Part shown: positions 1-8,602 of the stretch, piece after piece
How the letters are laid out: each line of letters begins with the position of its first letter
Numbering within the stretch: position 1 is the stretch's first letter
Assembly (NCBI GenBank): GCA_900546075.1
Contig: URBH01000002.1
Coordinates: 15,263 to 79,262 of the forward strand
Direction: 5' to 3'
Origin: an uncultured Eubacteriales bacterium
GTDB lineage: Bacteria > Bacillota > Clostridia > Oscillospirales > Oscillospiraceae
DNA length: 64,000 nucleotides
Program-made: the position numbers and the translations under genes
The notes under the pieces: generated by a model
The model's input: the letters and a program-made list of their open reading frames with translations, nothing else
Told to the model about the DNA's origin: nothing
The model's database searches: none

Positions 1-338
1 AATCACCAGCTTGGCGGCCTTGATGGTCATGGTGCCGTCCTTATAGCGGATCATGGCCTCACCCGGCGAACGGGCCAGGTCTTTGCGGTAAAGCCCTTTG
101 GAACCCTCCGGGGGCTTGTTCTTTTCGCTCCACGGTCGTCCCAGGACCACGCCCGCCTCCGTGCCGTTGGAGAGGTGAAGCACCATAACCATGTCGTCCA
201 CCTCCGGCATGAAATACTCCGATGAAATCAGGGGAATGGGGGCGGTCACGGCGTCGTCCTTTTCGTGGTACACCACGCGGACCGTGCCCGCGGCGTAATC
301 AACGGCTGAAATCTTTCCCAGCCGGATATTGTTTTCCA
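1..338 (-). CDS. phage baseplate-associated small protein (XkdR/gpV-like), 3' end cut by window edge
   Basis: Own translation of minus strand from ATG at 338: MENNIRLGKISAVDYAAGTVRVVYHEKDD...; lies immediately downstream of the late-control-D-like gene in PBSX-like order. Confidence 0.4.
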
Positions 339-354
339 TGCGTTCCTCCTCGCG

Positions 355-1353
355 TCATTCCTCCACCAGCGACATTTCCAGGTCCATGGTGTAGCCGCCG
401 GATCCGCTGACGCTGTGGGTAATGGTGTCAATGTAATACTTGCCGGACAGCTTCCCCAGGCCCACCACCTGGACGCATTGGGAGGCCACCAGGGAGGCGT
501 TTCCCACAATGGTGGCGGAAAGTTTGGTCTTTCCGTGGTTGGCCTTGGCCACCGCCGCCTTGATCTTCCGCTCCGCGTCGGCCTTGCTGTCGGCCTTGCC
601 GCTCTGCTTTAGGATCCGGCTGCCCTTGCCCACGGTCACCTTGATTTCCTTTTCCGTGGCCGGGCTGGTGTATGTGAACTCTCCGCCGGTGTAGGTTCCG
701 GCCTGATCCTGCTGCCATGACCAGGATTTCATACTGGACGGGGACAGCACCGCCGCCGCGCCCTTTTTCTTGTATGCCTCCCGGTCATACACCACGATCT
801 TTTGGGCGTAGACTTTCATGGCCAGCCCGTAGGTGTTGCACAGGTTCATGTAAAATTCACAGTCGGTTTGTTCCGATTGCTCCACGCTCTTGATCGTGAA
901 CGGGTCGCCCTCCACGTCCCAGGCCAGCGCGATCCCGGCGCGGCCTGCGATCTCGGTTCCGATCTCCTTTATGGTCACGTTTTCCCAGGTCTTTGTCCGC
1001 TGGGTGGTGGTGAAACTGCTGTCCAGCGGCGTGGAGATTGCGGAAATGCTCCCGGAAACCGGCCAGCCGGAAAAACTGAAACTGTCCACGATAAAGAAAC
1101 CGCACGGCAGGATCCGGTTGTCCCCGGAATACTGGCAGTTCAGCGCCCGGATCGTCGCGGCCAGGGTGTCACCGGCGACGGGGATCCATGCCCCCGTCCA
1201 CCGGCGATCCCGGTCTTGCAGCGTAATGTCCAGGCTGTCCGCCTCTCCGCTTGCCGGATCCGTGTATGAAATATCCGTCACGAAACCGGAAATTTCCGCC
1301 GTGGCTGCGGTTCCGTTGTAAATCAGGTCTACATACGCCCGCCGTGTATTCAT
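355..1353 (-). CDS. phage late control gene D-like / XkdQ-like tail protein
   Basis: 332 aa ORF located after tape measure and tail-protein-X genes; overall sequence character of gpD/XkdQ family. Confidence 0.55.
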   Translation of the reverse strand: MNTRRAYVDLIYNGTAATAEISGFVTDISYTDPASGEADSLDITLQDRDRRWTGAWIPVAGDTLAATIRALNCQYSGDNRILPCGFFIVDSFSFSGWPVSGSISAISTPLDSSFTTTQRTKTWENVTIKEIGTEIAGRAGIALAWDVEGDPFTIKSVEQSEQTDCEFYMNLCNTYGLAMKVYAQKIVVYDREAYKKKGAAAVLSPSSMKSWSWQQDQAGTYTGGEFTYTSPATEKEIKVTVGKGSRILKQSGKADSKADAERKIKAAVAKANHGKTKLSATIVGNASLVASQCVQVVGLGKLSGKYYIDTITHSVSGSGGYTMDLEMSLVEE

Positions 1354-1562
1354 ACCTTGCTCCTCCAGATCGGCAGGTCATTGGCCGCGGTCTGTTCCGG
1401 CGGGGCCGGGGTCTGGAGGACCACCCCGGCGTCAAACACGAACGTGTCCAGCAGCGGGAAATTGTTTTCCATCAGCCAGCCGGTGTATTCTTCGTCGCCG
1501 TACACCTCATAGGCGATTTTGTCCCATACGTCCCCCTGCTTGGTGGTGTAGGTGCTTTCCAT
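1350..1562 (-). CDS. phage tail protein X-like (LysM-like) small protein
   Basis: 70 aa, 4-nt overlap with downstream gene, directly after tape measure gene as in P2 gpX / PBSX xkdP position. Confidence 0.5.
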   Translation of the reverse strand: MESTYTTKQGDVWDKIAYEVYGDEEYTGWLMENNFPLLDTFVFDAGVVLQTPAPPEQTAANDLPIWRSKV

Positions 1563-1577
1563 GGTGTGGTCCTCCTC

Positions 1578-3785
1578 TTATGCCGGGCTGAATTGCTTGC
1601 GCTTCTCCTCGGCTTTCATCTGCCTATACAGTTTCTTGAACTCCGCGAAACTGATCCGCCCGGCCTCCTCGGCCTCCTCGCGGCTCGGCGTCCCGCCGTA
1701 GAAATTGAATACCGGGGAGAAAACGACGGTTTCACCGCCGCCGCCCGTTCCGCCGCCCGGTGTCGGCTTCGGCTTCGTCCATTCGTCCAGGAGGGCCGCC
1801 AGCTTGGACAGCGGCAGCACCGCCTCCGGCTCTCCGCCCTCACCGATCTGCGCCAGCGTGGGCGCCGTGGCAATACCACCGGCAGCCAGGGCGGGGATCG
1901 TCGGAATGTTAAAGCCCAGGGTTTTCCCGCCGACGCCCGGAACCCAGTCCGGGATTGTCACGGAAATGCTGTTGATCTTCTCCAGCACCCAGTTGATTGC
2001 GGAAATAACCCCGTTTATTGGGGCTTTCGCCAGGTTCACGATCATGCCAAACACGTTTCCGAAAATGGCCACGATATTGTCCCAGGCGGCGCTCCAGTTG
2101 CCTGCAAATACGTTCTGCACAAAGTCAATGATATTGGCAAAAATGGCCTTGACGTTTTCCCAGGCCGCCGAAACACTTTCCCACCACCCGCTCAAATAAG
2201 CGGACAGCAGGGGGAAATTAGACTGGAACGCAGAAACCAGGTTCGCCACGGCCTCGGAAACGCCGGTCTTGATGTTTCCCCATACCTCGGAGATCTTCGC
2301 GCCCAGTTCCGCAGCCTTGGCCTTGATCTTGTCCCAGTTCTTATAAATCAGGATCCCCGCCGCCACAGCCAGGCCGATGGCGGCCACAACTGCCAGCACG
2401 GGAAGATTTAGCGCCGTCATGGCGCCCGCCAGGGTAAAGGTGCCCGTGGCGCTTGCTGCGGTGACCACTTTATACACGGCCATAACTGCGTTGTAGGCGG
2501 TGATCGCCACTTTATACGCCTTGTAGGCCGCCACAGCGGTGGCAATACCCGCCGCCAGCGCCAGGATCAGGGTGCGGTGTTCCGAAATCCATTTCACCGC
2601 GGTTTCCGCCGCCGGAATGATGGTTCCGGTCATGTAGCTGCCGATCTTCTCCAGCGCCTCCGAAACCACCGGCAGGGCCGCCTCCGCGAACTCCCGCACA
2701 TACGGCAGAATGTTGGTGCCCAGCTGCGTCAAGAAATTGGCGCCCAGGTTTTTAATCATCTGAATGTCATATTTCAGGCTGTTGGTCTGCCGCTCAAAGG
2801 CGGTGTTTGCCGCGCCGGTGGCCTCGTACATTTCCGCCGTCTTGCTGGTCAGGTTTTCGGCCTGGTTGCCTGCCATAGCCAGCACCGCGGTTTGTGCCTC
2901 CACAGAGGAGAACAGGCCAGCAAACGCCAGTTCGTTGCCTCCCACAGCGTCCTTTAGGGCGTCCAGAGATCCCTGCAGGCCCTTGCTTTCAAGCAGCGCT
3001 TGGCCGCTTTCATAGCCCATGTTTTTAAGGGCAGCCTGCATATTCTTGGACGGGGAGAGGAACGCCTGCATTGTGGCTTTCATTTGCGTAACCACTTCCG
3101 CCGTGGAACCTGTAACGCCGGTCAGCGTGGCCATGGCGCCCCATAGCTGTTCTTGCTCCAGCCCCAGGGTACTGGCCAGGGGAATGACCTTTCCCATGCC
3201 TGCGGCCAGTTCCGGGAAAGAGGTTTGGCCCAGTCTTACGGTGGCAAATGCCAGATCCGCCGCCTGCTGCACCGCCTCCGCGGAGGTATCGCCGTAACCC
3301 TTGGTTACGGCAGAAAGTAGGTTGATACTGTCCGTCGTGGTCGCGTTTCCCGCCGCCGCGGATTTTGCCGCGGTTTCCAGAATGGCCGCGGCGTCTGCGC
3401 TGTCACCGAAAGCGGAAACCACCTGATACATTCCGTCCGTCAGGTCAGCCGTGGCCACGCCCGTGCGGTTGGAGATTTCCAGAACCTGATCCCCGATTTC
3501 CGCCGTTCGTGCGGCCACCTCTGCCTCCGTGCCGGTCAGCAGCGTGGAAACGTTGGCCAGCTGGGCCTCATACTCCGCCGCGGATTTCACCGCAGCGGTT
3601 CCCAGGGTCGCCACAGCGGTGGCGGCTGCTACCATGGCACCGGCAGCGATCTTTCCCGCGGTCTTTGCCGTTTTCCCCAGCGCAGCCAGGTTCTTGTCTG
3701 CGGTGCTGCAGGCGGTTTTCAGGGAACCGTCCACCTTGCCGCCGATTTTCAGCATTAACTCATACGTTTTATTTTTGCCTGCCAT
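1578..3785 (-). CDS. phage tail tape measure protein
   Basis: 735 aa, Ala/Gly-rich coiled-coil-like N-terminal region and TM helices, located between chaperone and gpX/gpD-like genes. Confidence 0.75.
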   Translation of the reverse strand: MAGKNKTYELMLKIGGKVDGSLKTACSTADKNLAALGKTAKTAGKIAAGAMVAAATAVATLGTAAVKSAAEYEAQLANVSTLLTGTEAEVAARTAEIGDQVLEISNRTGVATADLTDGMYQVVSAFGDSADAAAILETAAKSAAAGNATTTDSINLLSAVTKGYGDTSAEAVQQAADLAFATVRLGQTSFPELAAGMGKVIPLASTLGLEQEQLWGAMATLTGVTGSTAEVVTQMKATMQAFLSPSKNMQAALKNMGYESGQALLESKGLQGSLDALKDAVGGNELAFAGLFSSVEAQTAVLAMAGNQAENLTSKTAEMYEATGAANTAFERQTNSLKYDIQMIKNLGANFLTQLGTNILPYVREFAEAALPVVSEALEKIGSYMTGTIIPAAETAVKWISEHRTLILALAAGIATAVAAYKAYKVAITAYNAVMAVYKVVTAASATGTFTLAGAMTALNLPVLAVVAAIGLAVAAGILIYKNWDKIKAKAAELGAKISEVWGNIKTGVSEAVANLVSAFQSNFPLLSAYLSGWWESVSAAWENVKAIFANIIDFVQNVFAGNWSAAWDNIVAIFGNVFGMIVNLAKAPINGVISAINWVLEKINSISVTIPDWVPGVGGKTLGFNIPTIPALAAGGIATAPTLAQIGEGGEPEAVLPLSKLAALLDEWTKPKPTPGGGTGGGGETVVFSPVFNFYGGTPSREEAEEAGRISFAEFKKLYRQMKAEEKRKQFSPA

Positions 3786-3926
3786 GTTTTGCCACCTCCT
3801 CCGCGTACTGCGTCACCGTGTCCGCCAGTTCGTTCAAGTCCGAAACGGACAGGGCCAGAAGATAATCCAGCCCTGTCCGCAGTTGTATGGACAACCCGAC
3901 GCAGGCCCTGTTTATGACGGCGGGCG

Positions 3927-4301
3927 TTAGTTGTCCCCAGCCCCGCCGTAAAGAAAACCCACGACAATGCCTTTCAGCTTGATTGCCTCCTTTGCGGGGA
4001 GGCGCTCGAAAAACTCCAGCGGCAGGTGGGCGACGCGGGCCGCCATGAACTGGGCGTATTCCAGCGTCATTTCCACGGTTGCGGGGTTCGCCGCCGGGTT
4101 CTTCTTCGTCACGAAACGGCCCACGGCCTGCAGGTCTGCCGCCGTGGTGTCCTCCAGGCCGGACAGGTCCACCTCTGTGTACGTCTGCCCCTCAAAGGTG
4201 AAAGGCTTGTCCAGCTTCATAACCAGGGCGTTTTCCTCCGCCGCGGTGTTTTCGTCATTCTCCGCCAGCAGGGCGGTGTCCATTCTCTTTTCGTCGCTCA
4301 T
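3927..4301 (-). CDS. phage tail assembly chaperone (gpE/XkdN-like)
   Basis: 124 aa acidic protein between tube and tape-measure genes. Confidence 0.5.
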   Translation of the reverse strand: MSDEKRMDTALLAENDENTAAEENALVMKLDKPFTFEGQTYTEVDLSGLEDTTAADLQAVGRFVTKKNPAANPATVEMTLEYAQFMAARVAHLPLEFFERLPAKEAIKLKGIVVGFLYGGAGDN

Positions 4302-4302
4302 G

Positions 4303-4818
4303 TCAGCACATCTCCTTGATCTTGGCCAGAACGTCCACGCCGTTGACCTTGTAAACCTCGTTCAACTTGTCCAGTTCCACCACGGTCTTGCCGTCCACCT
4401 CAATGAGAATGTAAAGAGTGGTCAGCGTGATCTTAGTGTCCATGGAACTGCCTGCCTTGACCTTGCCGGTGGTCAGCTTTCCGCCGCGGCCACGAACCAC
4501 CACGCGCATGGGTCTGAACTCAATATCGCCCTCGGTATTGGTGGTCTGCTGGGCGCCGCGGATCTCCAGCTGCACGGCCTTGGTCATGTCCATCATATCG
4601 GCGGTTTCCTTGTCCAGCAGGCGGAACGGGATTTCCAGTTCCTGATTGCCGAAATAGCCCACGGTGGGGTCGTCGATCTCACCCAGGATCCCGGCGCCGG
4701 TCACGGTTTCGCTGGACGGCTCAAAGTCCGGCAGCGTCATTTCCTCACCGACACCCAGCAGGCGGTTTCCCTTGTTGTAGACGTTGTAACGGTTGATCTT
4801 AGTGGGGATCGTGTTCAT
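4303..4818 (-). CDS. phage tail tube protein (FII-like)
   Basis: 171 aa ORF immediately downstream of sheath gene. Confidence 0.6.
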   Translation of the reverse strand: MNTIPTKINRYNVYNKGNRLLGVGEEMTLPDFEPSSETVTGAGILGEIDDPTVGYFGNQELEIPFRLLDKETADMMDMTKAVQLEIRGAQQTTNTEGDIEFRPMRVVVRGRGGKLTTGKVKAGSSMDTKITLTTLYILIEVDGKTVVELDKLNEVYKVNGVDVLAKIKEMC

Positions 4819-4820
4819 CT

Positions 4821-6281
4821 TTATTCACCTCCGATTGCGCTTTCCAGGGCGTCCACGTCATACTCACGGATATTTTCGATATATTCCGCGGGAATGTACG
4901 GGGCCAGGTAGGTGTGTACGGTCAGGTGGCCGGCCAGCAGGTTGGTAACGGGGTTTTCGTCGCTGCGGAACTCCACGCGATAACCGGCGCAGTAGTCGCG
5001 GGCAACGTAGCCGTTGCCGATAATGTTCTGGCTGTCCACGATAGACTGGATCAGGCGCTTATTGCCCGGCTTGTCAACTTTCTGGAAATAAGTCTGAATG
5101 AAATTATTTCCGTCCCAGTCAAAGAAACGGCGCACGGCCCACCAGCGATCTTTCGGATCCGTGGTGGAGGGATAGGCCGCGGTGTTGTTGCCCCAGGACT
5201 TGAACCCGTTGGCGTTGATCGCGGTAATGACGCCGTTGGCGTTCAGCACGTCGTTGGCCTGCTGCTGATCCAGCGCCACCGTGGTGCCGTCTTTCAGAAC
5301 CGTGGCGGTGATCCGCAGGTCCTTATTGGACGGGCTTTCATAGGGCACATCTGCGTTGTTGGCGTCCGTGTAGGCCGTCAGGGCGGCAAACATGGCGGAG
5401 AAATAATATTTCTTCTCGCCCACGGCCACCATGGGCCACAGGGCCGCCGCATGGGCGGAACTGGCGCCCAGGGCTTCCTTGGCGCCCTTTACGCTGGTGT
5501 AAACCACCGCGCCGTCGCTGTCCGCGGAAATGTCCAAAAGGCAACTGCAATTAAAATTGCCGTTGATGTTCTCGGTCTTGGCCTGGAGGGCTGCCGCTAC
5601 GGTGGGGGTGTGGCTCCAGCCGGGTGCCAGGATCAGGCCGGGCACCATGCCCAGGGTGGGGTAAATCTGGCGGATCAGTTCCAGTCCGGTTTCCTTTCCC
5701 GTGGCAGCGTCCACGCCGCCCACAATGTCGGCAGCGGTCACGCCGGAGGGTTTCAGGCTGGTGCTGCTCACGGTCAGGCTGCTGGCCTCCTTGGCCGCCG
5801 TGGAAAGCAGCGTAATGGCCACGCTGCCGTCGTCCTCATGTGCCGCCTCGTAGTCGCTGCCGGCCACCAGGGTGGCGCTGCCGTTCTTCACGGCCAGGGT
5901 GTTCAGCAGCACATATTTCTTGTCATACAGCACCACGCCGTCCACAACGTCGCAGCTTTCCGCCTGGTTCTGCGTGACGTGGGCCGCCTTATTGGGATCC
6001 AGCACGTTCACCAGGATAATGGGCGCAACGTTGAAAACCTGGAAACAGGCGCTAATGCTCTGGCAAAGGGTGAAGTTCTCGAAATCGTCCGAATAGCCGA
6101 CAGCCTCCACAGCCTCCTTGTAGCTGTAAACCAGCTTGGGGGTGTTGACCGCCGCCGCGGGGTCTTTCGCCAGGTGAATGGGCGCCGTGCCGAAAATGAC
6201 CTGCAGGCCAGCGCTGCCCTGAATGGGTACGGTCAGGCTGGTGGCCTGCTCGGTGTTATATACACCGTGTTTGTATGCCAT
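4821..6281 (-). CDS. phage tail sheath protein
   Basis: 486 aa; C-terminal DRWWAVRRFFDWDGNNF... region typical of contractile sheath proteins. Confidence 0.8.
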   Translation of the reverse strand: MAYKHGVYNTEQATSLTVPIQGSAGLQVIFGTAPIHLAKDPAAAVNTPKLVYSYKEAVEAVGYSDDFENFTLCQSISACFQVFNVAPIILVNVLDPNKAAHVTQNQAESCDVVDGVVLYDKKYVLLNTLAVKNGSATLVAGSDYEAAHEDDGSVAITLLSTAAKEASSLTVSSTSLKPSGVTAADIVGGVDAATGKETGLELIRQIYPTLGMVPGLILAPGWSHTPTVAAALQAKTENINGNFNCSCLLDISADSDGAVVYTSVKGAKEALGASSAHAAALWPMVAVGEKKYYFSAMFAALTAYTDANNADVPYESPSNKDLRITATVLKDGTTVALDQQQANDVLNANGVITAINANGFKSWGNNTAAYPSTTDPKDRWWAVRRFFDWDGNNFIQTYFQKVDKPGNKRLIQSIVDSQNIIGNGYVARDYCAGYRVEFRSDENPVTNLLAGHLTVHTYLAPYIPAEYIENIREYDVDALESAIGGE

Positions 6282-6298
6282 GTTGTTCTACCTCCTGT

Positions 6299-6553
6299 TT
6301 AGTGTTTGACCTGTACCAGACGATACAGGCGGGAAATATGCCCCGTGCCGCTCCGCAGGTTCTTCATGGCCTCCGGTAACTGCTCCAGGGGCACCACCAG
6401 GCCCTCCATGGCCGGCTGCTTCACGATAGCCTCCGCCAGCGCGGTGGGGATCCCGTTGGTGTATGCGGTGTACTGCTTCGCCACGCCCGGAATGGACGGG
6501 CCGCAGTAAACCACAGTGGTGGCCTGTTCGGCCTTTTTGGGTTTCGCCATTAT
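6299..6553 (-). CDS. hypothetical phage protein (upstream of sheath)
   Basis: Start refined to internal MAKPKK; 4-nt overlap with upstream gene. Confidence 0.4.
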   Translation of the reverse strand: MMAKPKKAEQATTVVYCGPSIPGVAKQYTAYTNGIPTALAEAIVKQPAMEGLVVPLEQLPEAMKNLRSGTGHISRLYRLVQVKH

Positions 6554-7029
6554 GTTTCTGGCACCTCCTTGAAAATCGCCGGCGCGTAGAACGGCAGCCC
6601 CACGGCGGCGAAATAATACGGGTGTGTGTCCTCCTCCTGGGTCGCCCACCGGATCGGGTGCTGTGCTTCATAGCGGTTTGCCACGATCCCGTCACGTTCG
6701 TAATGCCTCACGATCTCGTTGACAATGTGGAGGGCGTCGCGGTAGCCCTGGCGGTTCGGGTCCGGGTCGCACACGCAAATGACCATGACCACGTTTACGG
6801 TCTGCCGTGCGTCCTGCGCCGTCACCTCTCCGTCCGAAAGTTTCACGGCCACATAAGGCTCCGGCGGCGCTTCCGCGTCGGTTTCTTCGTCGTCACCCTC
6901 ACGAATGGGGAGGCCCTGCGGGACGATTTTCACCGCCCGCTCGACGCCCAGGGAATTGGTCAGGGTATAGTGGGAAAAAAGCTGTTTCAGGTCCTCCACA
7001 ATGGCGTCCTGCAAAAACTCTTGTGTCAC
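6550..7029 (-). CDS. hypothetical phage protein, GTG start
   Basis: AAGGAGG lies 9 nt upstream of the GTG encoding VTQEFLQ; the longer ORF to 7065 has no RBS. Confidence 0.45.
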   Translation of the reverse strand: MTQEFLQDAIVEDLKQLFSHYTLTNSLGVERAVKIVPQGLPIREGDDEETDAEAPPEPYVAVKLSDGEVTAQDARQTVNVVMVICVCDPDPNRQGYRDALHIVNEIVRHYERDGIVANRYEAQHPIRWATQEEDTHPYYFAAVGLPFYAPAIFKEVPET

Positions 7030-7043
7030 GCGGTTGCGCCTCC

Positions 7044-7115
7044 TTGACTTGTTTCCGTTTGTCACTTATAATTGCGGTGTGGTAATAATCAGCATAATGT
7101 GGTAATAATCAGCAT
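7044..7115 (+). promoter_or_regulatory. sigma-A-like promoter (TTGACT-17-TATAAT) followed by two tandem 18-bp direct repeats TGTGGTAATAATCAGCAT (7078..7095, 7098..7115) = candidate operator
   Basis: Read directly from the sequence; the repeats lie between the -10 box and the RBS of the SWIM gene. Confidence 0.4.
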
Positions 7116-7129
7116 TGGAGGAAATAGAA

Positions 7130-7648
7130 ATGGGAAAGCCTAAAACTGTCATAACTGAAAACGGGGCCGTTTATCAGCTATCAGATCCCAGCGCCCTGCG
7201 GTTGGTGTATAGAATTGTTGGCGTGGCTTTGATCTTAATGGGGGCTGTGCTGACGTTGATTTCCCCCGCCGGTGTAGCTTTCGCGGCGCTCGGTTTGGCG
7301 CTTGTCTTTTGGTTGCCCAAAAAGATCCAGCCGGCAAAGAAATTTCTTCGCTTCACCGGTACGCCATGCGCCGGAAATTGCACGTTTGGGCATTGGGATC
7401 CCAAAGTACACACCGGGCAGGCGCAACTTGAACGCTTTGAAAAAGCTGTTCATCAGCCTATGGCCATACTGTCCTATAACGCCCAAAATGGTTTTGCGGA
7501 AATAAAGGGATCTGGTTCCGACACCTATATGACAAGCCTTGATGAATGTACTTGCCCCGATTTCGACAAACGGAGTAAACCGTGCAAGCACATATATTTC
7601 CTTGCCCTGCAAATGGGATATACAAGCGACGATTTTTATTCCTGCTGA
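7130..7648 (+). CDS. membrane-anchored SWIM zinc-finger protein
   Basis: GGAGG 8 nt upstream of ATG 7130; hydrophobic helices in residues ~30-65; C-terminal CxC-x(n)-CxH motif (CTCPDFDKRSKPCKH). Confidence 0.6.
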   Translation: MGKPKTVITENGAVYQLSDPSALRLVYRIVGVALILMGAVLTLISPAGVAFAALGLALVFWLPKKIQPAKKFLRFTGTPCAGNCTFGHWDPKVHTGQAQLERFEKAVHQPMAILSYNAQNGFAEIKGSGSDTYMTSLDECTCPDFDKRSKPCKHIYFLALQMGYTSDDFYSC

Positions 7649-7653
7649 TCTCC

Positions 7654-7681
7654 AGCGGCTCCTATATGGGGCCGCTTTTTC
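7654..7681. terminator. hairpin plus T-run between convergent genes (bidirectional terminator)
   Basis: AGCGGCTCC...GGGGCCGCTTTTT. Confidence 0.4.
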
Positions 7682-8267
7682 ATGCCCTTGCACCTGTCAG
7701 CTGCTCGATCCGCTTTCCGATTTCACGCTGCAGGGTTTCGTATGCCAGGGCCTCCGCCTCCGCTCTCACTTCCTCGTTTCCCATCATGTGGGGAACGGCA
7801 GGCGAAAGCAGCTTTTTGACGGGGAGGCGTTCCGCGCCGCGCCGCTGCACAATGGCGGTGTGCCCGGATCGGAACGTGGTAATAAACGCTTTCAGGCCGC
7901 CCGCCTCCAGCGGTTTCATGGCCCCGCTGTTCAGGACCTTTGCCGCCGCCGCGGCTGTGTCCGTGTTCGGCTGCGTCATAAAGTCCATAATGTCCCGCAT
8001 GGGGCCTTTGGCCAGCACGGCGGCCTCCAGGGTGGAGGCGCTGGCGGAAAGGATTTTGCTTTCTGATTGCAGCGCCTTTTTCTCTTTCAGCGCATACCGG
8101 CCTTTGCTGTCCTTTATGATTTGCCGGCGTACCTTTCTGGCGGTGCTGTTCAGGGCATTTTTCAGCACGTTGGGCGCCCCCAGCTGCTGGGGCAGCGTTT
8201 TCAGCTGCCGCATGACCCTGGCCAGTTCTTCGTCGGTGTCGATCCGCAAAATGCTTTGATCGCTCAC
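7680..8267 (-). CDS. putative phage neck/tail-completion protein (HK97 gp10-like?)
   Basis: 195 aa; ATGA overlap with upstream gene; same operon as the sheath-upstream genes. Confidence 0.35.
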   Translation of the reverse strand: MSDQSILRIDTDEELARVMRQLKTLPQQLGAPNVLKNALNSTARKVRRQIIKDSKGRYALKEKKALQSESKILSASASTLEAAVLAKGPMRDIMDFMTQPNTDTAAAAAKVLNSGAMKPLEAGGLKAFITTFRSGHTAIVQRRGAERLPVKKLLSPAVPHMMGNEEVRAEAEALAYETLQREIGKRIEQLTGARA

Positions 8268-8602
8268 GATCTCACCGCCTCCAGTTCAATGGCCAGCACT
8301 CCGGCCTCCTCGGTGCAGGTTTTCACCTTGTACGCCTTGCCGTCCAGCGTCAACACGACGCCCTGGGCGGGGCGTGGGCCAAAATCAGCCTTTGCCACAT
8401 AAACCAGGCGCCGGGCCTTGTATGTGCCCTCCGTCTGTGCGGCCATGATCTTGGCCTTGTCCCGCTCCAGCAGTTCGTTGTCGTCCACCACCGCGGCCAT
8501 TTCCTTACCGTTGACCGTGTGGGTGTCCGCGAACTCCAGGCAGTTCAGGAATGTGGTGGAAATGTCCGCCGCGATCTGTTCCTTGAACGTAGGGGCGCCC
8601 AT
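8264..8602 (-). CDS. putative phage head-tail connector-type small protein (Gp19-like?)
   Basis: 112 aa; TAATG overlap with the stop of the yitT-like gene. Confidence 0.35.
   Translation of the reverse strand: MGAPTFKEQIAADISTTFLNCLEFADTHTVNGKEMAAVVDDNELLERDKAKIMAAQTEGTYKARRLVYVAKADFGPRPAQGVVLTLDGKAYKVKTCTEEAGVLAIELEAVRS

Noticed and set aside
4914-6302. 462-aa plus-strand ORF antisense to the tail sheath gene
   Set aside because: Gly/Val/Ala-rich antisense artefact; the sheath gene on the minus strand has a clear family signature
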